Source of the DNA: Candidatus Moranbacteria bacterium RIFCSPHIGHO2_01_FULL_54_31
Lineage (GTDB): Bacteria; Patescibacteriota; Minisyncoccia; Moranbacterales; UBA1568
Reading direction: 5' to 3'
DNA: 48,188 nt
Assembly (NCBI GenBank): GCA_001784695.1
Contig: MFRV01000003.1
Location: 1 to 48,188 of the forward strand
Shown: piece by piece, positions 17,037-25,665 of the stretch
How positions within the stretch are numbered: the stretch's first letter is position 1
Layout: every line of letters begins with the position of its first letter
The notes under the pieces: model-generated
What the model was told of the DNA's origin: nothing
Database searches by the model: none
Seen by the model: the letters and a program-made list of their open reading frames with translations, nothing else
Made by a program: the position numbers and the translations under genes

Positions 17037-18629
17037 ATGGATAGCCTGCATAAATCACCGCCCCAGAGACCGCCCGCTCCTGCCGAACCGCAAGCGGGAT
17101 ATCCCGCGTATCCGTATCTTCCCCCAGAGACGGCGCCTGATGCTGTCACTCCGGCGCCGCAAGGATCGCCCCGGCGCCTGCAGAGTATCATCCTTGGCAT
17201 CTGCGGCATCGCGCTTTTCTTGCTCATAGCGGCGGTCGGTTTCTTTCTCTATAAGGGCCTGTCGGCAGGTCGCAGCATCCAATTGGACAATATCCGGTCG
17301 ACATCGTTTTTCGCCGATATGAAGCACCTCGCGACCTCGCTCATCCAAGACAAGAAACGTTTCTTACGCGGCGAAAAGGAAGGCCGCATCAATATCCTCC
17401 TCCTCGGCCGGGCCGGCGAACGCTATCCTGGCAGGAACCTGACGGACACGGTCATGGTGATGAGTATCGATACGCAGAGCAGAAAGATCGCTCTCCTCTC
17501 CCTGCCGCGCGACTTGTATGCGCCGGTTCCCGATACCGTTTTCTCTACCAAGCTGAATTCTCTCTATCAGTACGGCCTGAGCAACCAGGTCGGCATCGAT
17601 CCGCTCCGCGCGTCCGTGGAAACGATCACCGGACAGAAGATAGACTATTTTTTCATTCTCGATTTCGACGGGTTCGAGAAAGCCATCGATGCGCTCGGCG
17701 GCATTTCGGTCGATGTACCGCGCGATTTCTACGACGCGCGCTACCCGGGAAAAAATTACAGCTATGAGACCTTCGAGATCAAGAAAGGCTGGCACGCGCT
17801 CGACGGCGCCACCGCCCTCAAGTATGTCCGCGAGCGGCACAATGATCCCGAGGGAGATTTCGGCCGCGCCAAACGCCAGCAGCAGGTGATCCAATCCATC
17901 AAAGACAAGGCATTCTCTCTCGGGACGTTTCTCAATATTTTCGCTGTCAACGATCTGTTCGATGCGCTCGGCGAAAGCGTGAAAACCGATATGTCGCTTG
18001 ATGCTATGGAAGGATTCCTGCGGCTCGCCAAAACGCTGGATACCGAAAACATCACGTCCATCGTCATCGATGCCTGGCAGAAAGAAAGCTTGCTCCGTGT
18101 GTCTCATATCCAGGTCGGGCCCATCGCCGCCTTCATCCTCGTGCCCCGCACCGGAAACTGGAATGAGATCCGGGATGTGAGCGAAAATATTTTCCGCCTC
18201 GATGAGCTGAAAGCGCGGCATAACCGGATCGCTTCGGAACAATCGACCCTGACCATCATAGCTCTGCCGGCAGATGCTCTTGTCGCCCAGAAAATGAAGC
18301 GCCTGGCGATCGAAGAAATGGAATTCTCGGCCGTTTCCCTCATACCGCTCAGTGTTTTGGAAAATCGGCCGGAAAAGAGTATGCTGGTAGACAGAAGCAG
18401 CCTAGAGAAGCCATTCAGTCTGGATGAACTGCTGAAAAAATTCGCCTTGACGAAAGCAGACAGGCTTGCTGTGCCGCTCCCCGCTGCTGATACATCTGAT
18501 TTCGTCATTGTTATCGGTGCCGATCTGGCAGACACGCTGTCATTCGATGAAGACACATCCGGCATCATCCCGGATGACAGCGCTTTCCCGGAAGCATTGC
18601 CGCCTCAGCCGCGTTCGGGAAAGAAGTAG
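17037..18629 (+). CDS. LytR-CpsA-Psr (LCP) family protein with a Pro-rich N-terminus, a TM anchor and a long C-terminal extension
   Basis: ...INILLLGRAGERYPGRNLTDTVMVMSIDTQSRKIALLSLPRDLY...GFEKAIDALGGISVDV...ALKYVRERHNDPEGDFGRAKRQQQVI. Confidence 0.85.
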   Translation: MDSLHKSPPQRPPAPAEPQAGYPAYPYLPPETAPDAVTPAPQGSPRRLQSIILGICGIALFLLIAAVGFFLYKGLSAGRSIQLDNIRSTSFFADMKHLATSLIQDKKRFLRGEKEGRINILLLGRAGERYPGRNLTDTVMVMSIDTQSRKIALLSLPRDLYAPVPDTVFSTKLNSLYQYGLSNQVGIDPLRASVETITGQKIDYFFILDFDGFEKAIDALGGISVDVPRDFYDARYPGKNYSYETFEIKKGWHALDGATALKYVRERHNDPEGDFGRAKRQQQVIQSIKDKAFSLGTFLNIFAVNDLFDALGESVKTDMSLDAMEGFLRLAKTLDTENITSIVIDAWQKESLLRVSHIQVGPIAAFILVPRTGNWNEIRDVSENIFRLDELKARHNRIASEQSTLTIIALPADALVAQKMKRLAIEEMEFSAVSLIPLSVLENRPEKSMLVDRSSLEKPFSLDELLKKFALTKADRLAVPLPAADTSDFVIVIGADLADTLSFDEDTSGIIPDDSAFPEALPPQPRSGKK

Positions 18630-18637
18630 GTGGATAG

Positions 18638-18720
18638 GAATCACGAATGATGAATGAAGAATTAAGGCCGAGTAGTTTTCTTTCTTATCATAATTCCCTA
18701 TTCCTGATTCATGATTCTTT
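18638..18720. repeat. Inverted pair of 4+4 heptad arrays (GAATNNN / ATTCNNN)
   Basis: GAAT starts at 18638, 18645, 18652 and 18659. ATTC starts at 18693, 18700, 18707 and 18714. The arms are roughly 24/31 complementary. Confidence 0.75.
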
Positions 18721-18777
18721 TACATAAAAACCACACATAGAAAGTGACTATCCAAACATTCACCTATATACATTGAT

Positions 18778-19329
18778 ATGAAATTAATAGTTGGTTTGGG
18801 CAATCCTGGAAAAGATTATGCGGGCACCCGCCACAATGCGGGCTTTTTATGCGTCGATTTCTTGCGGCAGACATTCGGCTTCGAAGATTTCGCGCCGGAT
18901 ACTACAATGTCAGCGGAAATAGCGAGCGGCACGATCGGCACCGAAAAAGTGCTCTTCGTGAAACCGGCAACCTTCATGAATGATTCCGGCGGTGCGGTGC
19001 GGGCGCTCCTGCGCTTCTATAAGCTTACGCCAGAGGATATCGCCGTCATCCACGATGACCTGGATATCGCCCCGGGAACATACAAAACGACGCTCTCCTC
19101 GCGTGCTGCCGGCCATAACGGCGTCCAGAGCATCATCGATGCCATCGGAACGCAAGATGTCTTCCGTGTCCGCCTCGGCATCGGCCGCCCCACCGAGGTA
19201 GCGGGCGTCTGCATGCCAGCACATGATTTCGTTCTCCAGAACTTCTCTCCCGAAGAGCTCTCCACACTGGCAACGCTCTTCCCGAAAGTAAAAAGCGAGA
19301 TTCTCAGATGGCTCACGGGACACTCGTAA
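18778..19329 (+). CDS. pth: Peptidyl-tRNA hydrolase
   Basis: MKLIVGLGNPGKDYAGTRHNAGF...HDDLD...GHNGVQSI... Confidence 0.95.
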   Translation: MKLIVGLGNPGKDYAGTRHNAGFLCVDFLRQTFGFEDFAPDTTMSAEIASGTIGTEKVLFVKPATFMNDSGGAVRALLRFYKLTPEDIAVIHDDLDIAPGTYKTTLSSRAAGHNGVQSIIDAIGTQDVFRVRLGIGRPTEVAGVCMPAHDFVLQNFSPEELSTLATLFPKVKSEILRWLTGHS

Positions 19330-19346
19330 AGTAGAGACGAAACCAG

Positions 19347-19375
19347 AAAAAAAACCGGCCCATCGACCGGTTTTT
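19347..19375. terminator. Bidirectional terminator between convergent pth and rplY
   Basis: AAAAAAA-AACCGG-CCCATCGA-CCGGTT-TTT. Confidence 0.65.
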
Positions 19376-19394
19376 CGTTGCGAGAAAAACAAAT

Positions 19395-20099
19395 TTACTT
19401 TTTCTCTTTCTTTTCTTCAGGCACCTTTTTGTCAGAAGCGGCGGCAGCGCCCTCTTCGGCAGAAGCTTCCTCTTTGACTACTCCCTCTACTTTGGTCACA
19501 TCGGCCTCGACTTTCTCATCCAGAGCGGCCATTTCAGCTTCGGTACGCGGCGCTTCCACAAGCGCGATCGTCGTATCCGCTTCAGCCAGCACGGTAACAC
19601 CGGCCGGAATCTGCAGATCCTTGATCTGGATATGGTCATCGAACGTTTTCAGAGAAGAAAGATCGATGATGAGAGCGTGCGGCAGGTCTTTCGGCAGACA
19701 GCTGACCAACACTTCTTCCACCGGCTTCAAGAGAATGCCGCCCAACTCGCGCACGGCGGGCGCTTCGCCGACGAATTCGAGCGGGATATGGGCTTCCAGT
19801 TTCTCGTCCATACGCACCTGGAACAGATCGATGTGAGAAAAACGGCTGGTGAGCGGATCGAGCTGCACGTCCTGCACGATGACGTTCACGGCCTTGCCCT
19901 TTTCCGGAGCGACCTCGATGATGCTGCTTTCGCCGGCCTTGGCATACAGTTTGGCAAAATTCACATACTGCACCCAAAACATCTGAGGATCCGTATCATG
20001 ACCGTACATCACAGCCGGAATCGAGCCTTGCTTGCGCATCGTATCGAGATTTTTCCCGGCCTTTTCGCGCATCTTCACTTGCAATGTAAACTCTGCCAT
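19395..20099 (-). CDS. rplY: 50S ribosomal protein L25/general stress protein Ctc
   Basis: ...LQVKMREKAGKNLDTMRKQGSIPAVMYG...VQLDPLTSRFSHIDLFQV... It has a long acidic/Lys tail typical of the Ctc form. Confidence 0.9.
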   Translation of the reverse strand: MAEFTLQVKMREKAGKNLDTMRKQGSIPAVMYGHDTDPQMFWVQYVNFAKLYAKAGESSIIEVAPEKGKAVNVIVQDVQLDPLTSRFSHIDLFQVRMDEKLEAHIPLEFVGEAPAVRELGGILLKPVEEVLVSCLPKDLPHALIIDLSSLKTFDDHIQIKDLQIPAGVTVLAEADTTIALVEAPRTEAEMAALDEKVEADVTKVEGVVKEEASAEEGAAAASDKKVPEEKKEKK

Positions 20100-20131
20100 A
20101 TGCTGTTCTTATCCTTGGTTTAATCTAAAAA

Positions 20132-20452
20132 TCATATCAATGCTTCGATGCCGCCCGTATACTGCTTCAAAAACTGATGCGCTTCGATCACCTGGTCCGA
20201 TGAAATCGCTTCGCCAGAGAATACCCGGCGCGCCTCGCTCTGTTTCAGGTCGGTCAGTACGCCGAGACTGACGACTCCGAATTGTCCCATCGAGACGAAC
20301 ACCATCGACGATGCCCCGCAATCCGAACAGGAGAGATGTAGCGTCGTACGCTTGTCATCCTCATCGAGCACCAGCATCAACGCTTTCCGGTATTTCTTAT
20401 TGCACACCGGGCAGCGGATGACAGCCTGCAGATTATCGAGCGGCATTTTCAT
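20132..20452 (-). CDS. Hypothetical zinc-ribbon protein (106 aa)
   Basis: CPVC...(25 aa)...CSDC, and I recognise no family. A TATACT box sits only 6 nt upstream of the ATG, so the mRNA may be leaderless. Confidence 0.5.
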   Translation of the reverse strand: MKMPLDNLQAVIRCPVCNKKYRKALMLVLDEDDKRTTLHLSCSDCGASSMVFVSMGQFGVVSLGVLTDLKQSEARRVFSGEAISSDQVIEAHQFLKQYTGGIEALI

Positions 20453-20706
20453 AGAACCAGTATACCCCGTTACCTATTCCAGGAGCAACACTCCCGCAAA
20501 ACATCGTCAGACAAAATCGCCTATCGGCTCACCTCGCTCTCGCTTGCCGAAGCGGGCTTGTACTCACTGCTCTCGCACGATTCTTCAAATAGGTAACGGA
20601 GTAAACCCGGAAAAGCGGACCAAAAACGATGCTTTCGCAAGTTTTGACAGGATACCAGGGAAACGAGGCTCCGTCAAGCGCGCGTATGCCCTGGAAAAGA
20701 GCGAGA

Positions 20707-20734
20707 TTGAAGACTTTCGTAAAACGTGTATACT
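20707..20734 (+). promoter_or_regulatory. Candidate promoter of the DUF5679 gene
   Basis: TTGAAG (20707-20712), a 16-nt spacer, then TATACT (20729-20734). It lies 40 nt upstream of the ATG. Confidence 0.4.
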
Positions 20735-20773
20735 GCATATAGCAGTAGTAATCATTAATGCGCAAGCACTACT

Positions 20774-20944
20774 ATGGCTGATGAAATGGCCGTGGCTGAA
20801 ACCGGGCACTGCATGAAGTGCAAGGAGAAAAGGGAGATGAAGGACACGGAGGAAGTAGAGATGAAGAACGGGCGCAAGGCGATGAAAGGCATCTGCACCG
20901 TTTGCGGCACGAAGATGTTCAAGATCCTCGGAAACAAGAAATAG
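20774..20944 (+). CDS. DUF5679-like small zinc-ribbon protein (56 aa)
   Basis: Below the ORF-track cutoff. My translation is MADEMAVAETGHCMKCKEKREMKDTEEVEMKNGRKAMKGICTVCGTKMFKILGNKK*. The C.KC....M......MKNGR.AMKG.C.VCGTKMF pattern matches my recollection of DUF5679 proteins. Confidence 0.75.
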   Translation: MADEMAVAETGHCMKCKEKREMKDTEEVEMKNGRKAMKGICTVCGTKMFKILGNKK

Positions 20945-20956
20945 TCATTTGCAGAA

Positions 20957-20992
20957 GAAAAAACGCCCCGCCAACTGGCGGGGCGTTTTTTT
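20957..20992. terminator. Bidirectional terminator between the DUF5679 gene and gyrB
   Basis: AAAAA-AACGCCCCGCC-AACT-GGCGGGGCGTT-TTTTT. Confidence 0.85.
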
Positions 20993-21010
20993 CGTGTCAG
21001 CTACAAATGA

Positions 21011-23062
21011 TCAGATATCCAAGTTCTTCACGGTCTTGGCGTGGGTCTGGATGAAGCGGCGGCGCGGCTCGACCTCGCTTCCCATCAGGATATCGAACAA
21101 TTCATCGGCCTCCTCGGCATCTTCGATAGTCACCTGAAGCATCACGCGACCATCGGGATTCATCGTGGTTTCCCAGAGCTGTTCCGGATTCATCTCTCCG
21201 AGACCTTTGTAGCGCTGGAGCGAGACACCGCCTACCGTTTCTTCGACGCCGCCCTCCGGCATCGTTTCCTCCACAGCTTCTTCTCCGGCATCTAGAGCCT
21301 CCTTCGCTTTCTTGCCTTTTTTCGCAGCCGCTTTGGCAAGAGCGATTTTTTTCATTTCTTCGACGATCCGCAATTTTTCCTCTTCGGTATAGGCGTAGCG
21401 GACGTCTTTGCCCTTCTGGAGACGATAGAGCGGCGGCTGGGCGATGTAGATATATCCTCCGCGGATGAGCGGCTCATAATAGCGATAGAAGAATGTCAGG
21501 AGGAGCGTCCGGATATGCGAACCATCGACGTCGGCATCGGCCATAATGATCACCTTGTGATACCGGAGCTTCGCGATATCGAATGTCTCGCCGATACCCA
21601 CCCCGAGCGCGATGATGATCGGCTTCAGGGTATCCGACTTCACGACCTTGTCGAGACTCGTCTTTTCGACGTTCACCAGCTTGCCGCGGAGCGGCAAAAT
21701 CGCCTGAAACTCGCGATTGCGCCCCTGCTTGGCCGAACCGCCGGCAGAATCTCCCTCGACGATGTACACTTCGGAGCGCGATGCATCGCGGCTGGTACAA
21801 TCGGCGAGCTTGCCTGGAAGCGTCATCCCTTCGAGCGCTCCCTTGCGGAGCACGGCATCCTTCGCAGCGCGTGCCGCGATACGGGCGCGCACCGTAAGCA
21901 GGCACTTCTCGATCATCGCCTTCGCATCGGCCGGATGCGTTTCGAGAAACTCATTCAGACCCTCGGCCGTGACTGAGGAAACGGCGCCGCGCACTTCCTG
22001 GTTGTTGAGCTTGCCCTTCGTCTGTCCTTCGAACTGAGGATTCGCGAGCTTGACGGACACCACCGCGGTCAGCCCTTCGGCCAGATCCTCGGATGTCATC
22101 GAGCCTTCTTTTTCCTTGATCAGGCTGTTCTTCTTGGCATAGTCGTTGAGGACCCGGGTCAGCGCCATCTTGAAACCCGTCACGTGCGTTCCGCCATCCG
22201 GGTTGAGGATATTGTTCGCAAAAGCGAACAAATGCTCCTTGAAGCCGTCCGTGAACTGGAGGGAGACTTCGACGTTGATCCCGTCTATATTTTTCTCGAC
22301 ATAGAACGGCGTGATGTTCTTCACTTCTTTTTTGCGATTCAGAAACTTCACGAACGACACGATGCCGGAATCGAAATAAAATCCGTGCCGCTTGGTCTTG
22401 TATTCCTCGTCGGCATTGGTAACCTCGCGACAATCCTCGACGCTGATACGCACGCCCTTCGTCAAGAAAGCCTGATAGCGGAGATACTCGAGGATCTTGT
22501 TCCAGGAATAGGCTATCTCCGGGAAAATTTCCGGGTCAGCCTGAAAGGCCACCATCGTTCCGGTGGTGTCTGATGTGCCGATGGGTTTCACGATACCCTC
22601 CGGCTTGCCGCGTTTATATGACTGGAACCAGGTCTTTCCTTGGCGCTCCACGGTGACTTTCGTATAAATCGAAAGCGCGTTCACGACCGACACGCCGACC
22701 CCGTGCAATCCGCCGGAAATCTTGTATCCTTCGCCGCCGAACTTGCCGCCGGCATGCAGCACCGTCATCACCGTTTCCAGGGCTGATTTCTTGGTCTGCG
22801 GGTGGATATCGACAGGGATGCCGCGGCCATTATCGCTGACTTCGACCCAGTGATCGGGGAGCAGGCGGACGCTTATGTCCGTACAATAGCCGGCCATGGC
22901 CTCATCGATGGAGTTGTTCACCACTTCCCAGACGAGATGATGCAGACCTTCGAGCGAGGTGCCGCCGATATACATTCCCGGGCGCTTGCGCACCGGGTCC
23001 AGCCCCTCCAGGACCTGGATGGATTTCGCGCCGTAACTGGTCTGTTCTGCTTTCTTTGCCAT
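21011..23062 (-). CDS. gyrB: DNA gyrase subunit B
   Basis: ...YGAKSIQVLEGLDPVRKRPGMYIG...HHLVWEVVNNSIDEA...GGLHGVG...EGDSAGGSAKQGR...PLRGK.LNVE...QRYKGLGEMNP. Confidence 0.97.
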   Translation of the reverse strand: MAKKAEQTSYGAKSIQVLEGLDPVRKRPGMYIGGTSLEGLHHLVWEVVNNSIDEAMAGYCTDISVRLLPDHWVEVSDNGRGIPVDIHPQTKKSALETVMTVLHAGGKFGGEGYKISGGLHGVGVSVVNALSIYTKVTVERQGKTWFQSYKRGKPEGIVKPIGTSDTTGTMVAFQADPEIFPEIAYSWNKILEYLRYQAFLTKGVRISVEDCREVTNADEEYKTKRHGFYFDSGIVSFVKFLNRKKEVKNITPFYVEKNIDGINVEVSLQFTDGFKEHLFAFANNILNPDGGTHVTGFKMALTRVLNDYAKKNSLIKEKEGSMTSEDLAEGLTAVVSVKLANPQFEGQTKGKLNNQEVRGAVSSVTAEGLNEFLETHPADAKAMIEKCLLTVRARIAARAAKDAVLRKGALEGMTLPGKLADCTSRDASRSEVYIVEGDSAGGSAKQGRNREFQAILPLRGKLVNVEKTSLDKVVKSDTLKPIIIALGVGIGETFDIAKLRYHKVIIMADADVDGSHIRTLLLTFFYRYYEPLIRGGYIYIAQPPLYRLQKGKDVRYAYTEEEKLRIVEEMKKIALAKAAAKKGKKAKEALDAGEEAVEETMPEGGVEETVGGVSLQRYKGLGEMNPEQLWETTMNPDGRVMLQVTIEDAEEADELFDILMGSEVEPRRRFIQTHAKTVKNLDI

Positions 23063-23106
23063 AATGGTCTAGTGTCTATGATCGAAGCGGATAATAGGAG
23101 GATCGC

Positions 23107-23493
23107 TTATGCGTCCGTGTGTTCGAGCAAACGGCGGATGGAAAATTCTATGAGGAGCACAAATGCGAAGAGCAGAAGCGCGTCCCACCACAAAAGGATA
23201 CGCGCATACTGGAAAAAAACCAGTCCAGTCGCATACACCGCGAGGAGGAAGGCTTGCCGGAAAGATCCGCTCAGATGATGCGCGGCTCCCGCGGCTCCAA
23301 GCGCTTTGCGATAGATCCAGGTCATCCCGAGCGTGAATAATCCGATCAGCCACGCGAACAGGCTGATAAAAAAAAGCCCGCGCCCCATCCCTCCTGTTTC
23401 ATCGGGATCCAAGAGGATGACCACTCCCAGCCACGCGGAGAGAGCGAAGAGGGTAAACAGGCGGATGCCCCACAAATAGGCGGAAAGCGACAT
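23107..23493 (-). CDS. Hypothetical membrane protein (about 4 TM)
   Basis: The profile is hydrophobic and I recognise no family. I trimmed the start to the Met beginning MSLSAYLWG; the track ORF extends to 23526. Confidence 0.45.
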   Translation of the reverse strand: MSLSAYLWGIRLFTLFALSAWLGVVILLDPDETGGMGRGLFFISLFAWLIGLFTLGMTWIYRKALGAAGAAHHLSGSFRQAFLLAVYATGLVFFQYARILLWWDALLLFAFVLLIEFSIRRLLEHTDA

Positions 23494-23616
23494 AGCTCGA
23501 ATGAAAAAGAAACGGCTGTTTAGCAAACCTTTTCTCTTCTTATTGTACCTGTTTTTTCATAAAAATGCAACCGGTCTTTATAGCGAAAATACCCCTCATT
23601 TAAAGCCTTATTCGAA

Positions 23617-23644
23617 TAAAAAATAGCCTGCAGAGCGGGCTATT
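23617..23644 (-). terminator. efp terminator
   Basis: The minus sense reads AATAGCC-(9 nt)-GGCTATT followed by TTTTATT. Confidence 0.6.
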
Positions 23645-23656
23645 TCTTCTCTCTCG

Positions 23657-24214
23657 TCAGGCTCTCGAGACGTAGGTGCCTTTTTCGGTATTGACGATGA
23701 TGCGATCGCCGGTTTTCACGAAAAGCGGCGTCGTCACCTGCAGCCCGGTTTCGAGCGTGACCATCTTGTCGCCGCCGGACGCCGTGTCGCCCTTGATGCC
23801 AGGGGGCGCATCGGTGACGGCAAGCGTCACTTTGACCGGGATTTCCAGGTTGATCGGATGCTCGTTCCAGTTCAGGATCGAGACTTCCGTCCCCTCGACG
23901 AGATAGAGCGCCATATCGCCCAGCACGCCTTTGGAAAGCGAGAACTGATCATAGGTAGCCGTATCCATAAACTGATACTCTTCGCCATCATGATAGAGGT
24001 ACTGCGCGTGCGATTTGGAAATCTCCGCTTCCTCGACTTTTTCCGCTCCCTGGAAGGTGTAGTCGATGATCGCGCCGGACAAGAGGTTCTTCAGCTTGGT
24101 GCGCATCACCGCTCCGCCGCGTCCGATCATCGAATGCAGATAGTCGATGACGAGATAGGGCTCGCCATTCCAGATGATCTTCTTGCCTGTCTTGATGTCG
24201 GTCAGGTTCAGCAT
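23657..24214 (-). CDS. efp: Elongation factor P
   Basis: MLNLTDIKTGKKIIWNGEPYLVIDYLHSMIGRGGAVMRTKLKNLLSG... Confidence 0.95.
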   Translation of the reverse strand: MLNLTDIKTGKKIIWNGEPYLVIDYLHSMIGRGGAVMRTKLKNLLSGAIIDYTFQGAEKVEEAEISKSHAQYLYHDGEEYQFMDTATYDQFSLSKGVLGDMALYLVEGTEVSILNWNEHPINLEIPVKVTLAVTDAPPGIKGDTASGGDKMVTLETGLQVTTPLFVKTGDRIIVNTEKGTYVSRA

Positions 24215-24333
24215 AACAAAATCAAAATGAAAATATCAAAATGAAAAATTTCGGATCCGGCTTTGCCGGAAAACTTTTCCGCCCCGCTACGGCGGGGTTC
24301 CTACATTTTACACTTTGATTTTTAATTTTTAAA
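24215..24333. repeat. ~119-nt element with AT-rich arms and a GC core, filling the rpsR-efp spacer (copy 1)
   Basis: The left arm 24219-24250 (AAAATCAAAATGAAAATATCAAAATGAAAAATT) is largely complementary to the right arm 24301-24333. The core hairpins are CCGGC-TTT-GCCGG (24257-24269) and CCCCGC-TACG-GCGGGG (24282-24297). It is homologous to 24529-24645. Confidence 0.7.
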
Positions 24334-24528
24334 TTATTTTACGACGTACGGGATCATAGCCATAAAGCGGGCGCGCTTGATGGCAGTCGCGAGGCCGCGC
24401 TGCTCTTTGGCTGTCAGGCCGTGGCGCTTCGGCGGGTAGATCTTGCCTTGCGAATTGAGAAAACGACGCAGGAAATAGGCGTCCTTATAATCGAGTTTCG
24501 CGAGCTTCTTGCTCATTGCTGCTTCCAT
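24334..24528 (-). CDS. rpsR: 30S ribosomal protein S18
   Basis: ...KLDYKDAYFLRRFLNSQGKIYPPKRHGLTAKEQRGLATAIKRARFMAMIPYV. Confidence 0.93.
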   Translation of the reverse strand: MEAAMSKKLAKLDYKDAYFLRRFLNSQGKIYPPKRHGLTAKEQRGLATAIKRARFMAMIPYVVK

Positions 24529-24645
24529 GGTAGTAAAATTAAAATGTAAATATCAAAATGAAAAATTGAGGGTTCGGCTCTGCCAAAAAATTTCTGCCGC
24601 AAAGCGGCTCCTTTCATTTTTACTTTTGATTTTTTATTTTTGCAT
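24529..24645. repeat. ~117-nt element with AT-rich arms and a GC core, filling the ssb-rpsR spacer (copy 2)
   Basis: It shares AATATCAAAATGAAAAATT, the GGC-T(T/C)T-GCC core, an A-rich linker, the hairpin GCCGC-AAA-GCGGC (24596-24608) and a T-rich right arm with copy 1. By eye, identity is roughly three quarters. Confidence 0.7.
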
Positions 24646-25131
24646 TTAAAAGGGGACATCCTCGATCTTTATCTCATCCTTCTCGTCATCGAGATTGATA
24701 GTCGGGATCTCTTCTTCTGCCTGCGCCTTCGCTTGATTTTGGCTGGCTCCCGCATATGCTCCTGTGCCGCCAGCTGCCGCCCCTCCGGTTCGTGCCGCTC
24801 CTTGGGCACGGCTGCCGAGCTGCATATTCTCACCGACGATCTCGGTGATTTTCTTCTGCGTTCCGTCTTTGGCCGTATACTCTCTGGTCTGCAGGCGGCC
24901 TTCGATGAAACATTCCTGTCCTTTGGTGAGATATTGCCCGGCAATTTCCGCAAGCCTGCCCCACAACACGACATTATGGAATTCCGTACGCTCTTGGCGC
25001 GTACCGCTCTTGTCGGTCCAGAAATTATTGGTGGCCATGCTGATGGTCGCCACCGATTGGCCGCTCGGCGTGGTCCGCATATCGGGATCGCGAGTCAACC
25101 GCCCGACAAGGATAGCTTTGTTTACGTTCAT
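24646..25131 (-). CDS. ssb: Single-stranded DNA-binding protein
   Basis: MNVNKAILVGRLTRDPDMRTTPSGQSVATISMATN...TEFHNVVLWGRLAE... It has a Gly/Ala-rich linker and an acidic tail ...DEIKIEDVPF. Confidence 0.93.
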   Translation of the reverse strand: MNVNKAILVGRLTRDPDMRTTPSGQSVATISMATNNFWTDKSGTRQERTEFHNVVLWGRLAEIAGQYLTKGQECFIEGRLQTREYTAKDGTQKKITEIVGENMQLGSRAQGAARTGGAAAGGTGAYAGASQNQAKAQAEEEIPTINLDDEKDEIKIEDVPF

Positions 25132-25161
25132 ACCGTTTATATATTATGTAAACGCGGATTA

Positions 25162-25665
25162 TTAGATATCGAGTTTGGCTTTCAGCTGTTCGTCAATCTG
25201 CTCGTTGCTGACTGCTTTCGCGGTCTCTTGCGGCGCGATCGGAGCCTGAGGCATCGGACGGACGGCGCCGCGCTTCTCATAGCGGCCGCTCCGGCTATCC
25301 GTTTTCGGACGTTCGACGCGCTCGATCGGCTTCAGTTCCGGCAGATCCTTGGCTAACACGATGAGAAACCGCAGCACATCTTTGGAAAGCCGGAGCGCGC
25401 GATTGATCGCGGAGAGCGGGTGTATCTCCGGTTCATCTCCGCTCGCATCACGTTCGTCCTTGTCCGGCAGCGTAAACCGCCGAGCGATGTAGGTACCGCG
25501 CTCTTCCTTCTCTACCTGATATGCCATTTTGCGCTTTTCTTCGGTCATCGGCGCGAGAAAGGTCCCGCCATTCCCGGTGACTATCTGCTCGACAGCCTCA
25601 CGGATGCGCGGCAACTCAGCCTCTTTGGACTCGCCGACGAGATACAGCACTTCGTATTCCACCAT
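25162..25665 (-). CDS. rpsF: 30S ribosomal protein S6 with a C-terminal extension
   Basis: MVEYEVLYLVGESKEAELPRIREAVEQIVTGNGGTFL...GTYIARRFTLP... It sits in the rpsF-ssb-rpsR order. Confidence 0.9.
   Translation of the reverse strand: MVEYEVLYLVGESKEAELPRIREAVEQIVTGNGGTFLAPMTEEKRKMAYQVEKEERGTYIARRFTLPDKDERDASGDEPEIHPLSAINRALRLSKDVLRFLIVLAKDLPELKPIERVERPKTDSRSGRYEKRGAVRPMPQAPIAPQETAKAVSNEQIDEQLKAKLDI

Noticed and set aside
18638-18720. Whether the heptad arrays, or the E6/E7 repeats at 24215-24645, could be a CRISPR array.
   Set aside because: The units are 7 nt with no spacers of 25-40 nt. The two 117-nt elements are separated by a ribosomal protein gene. No cas genes are present.
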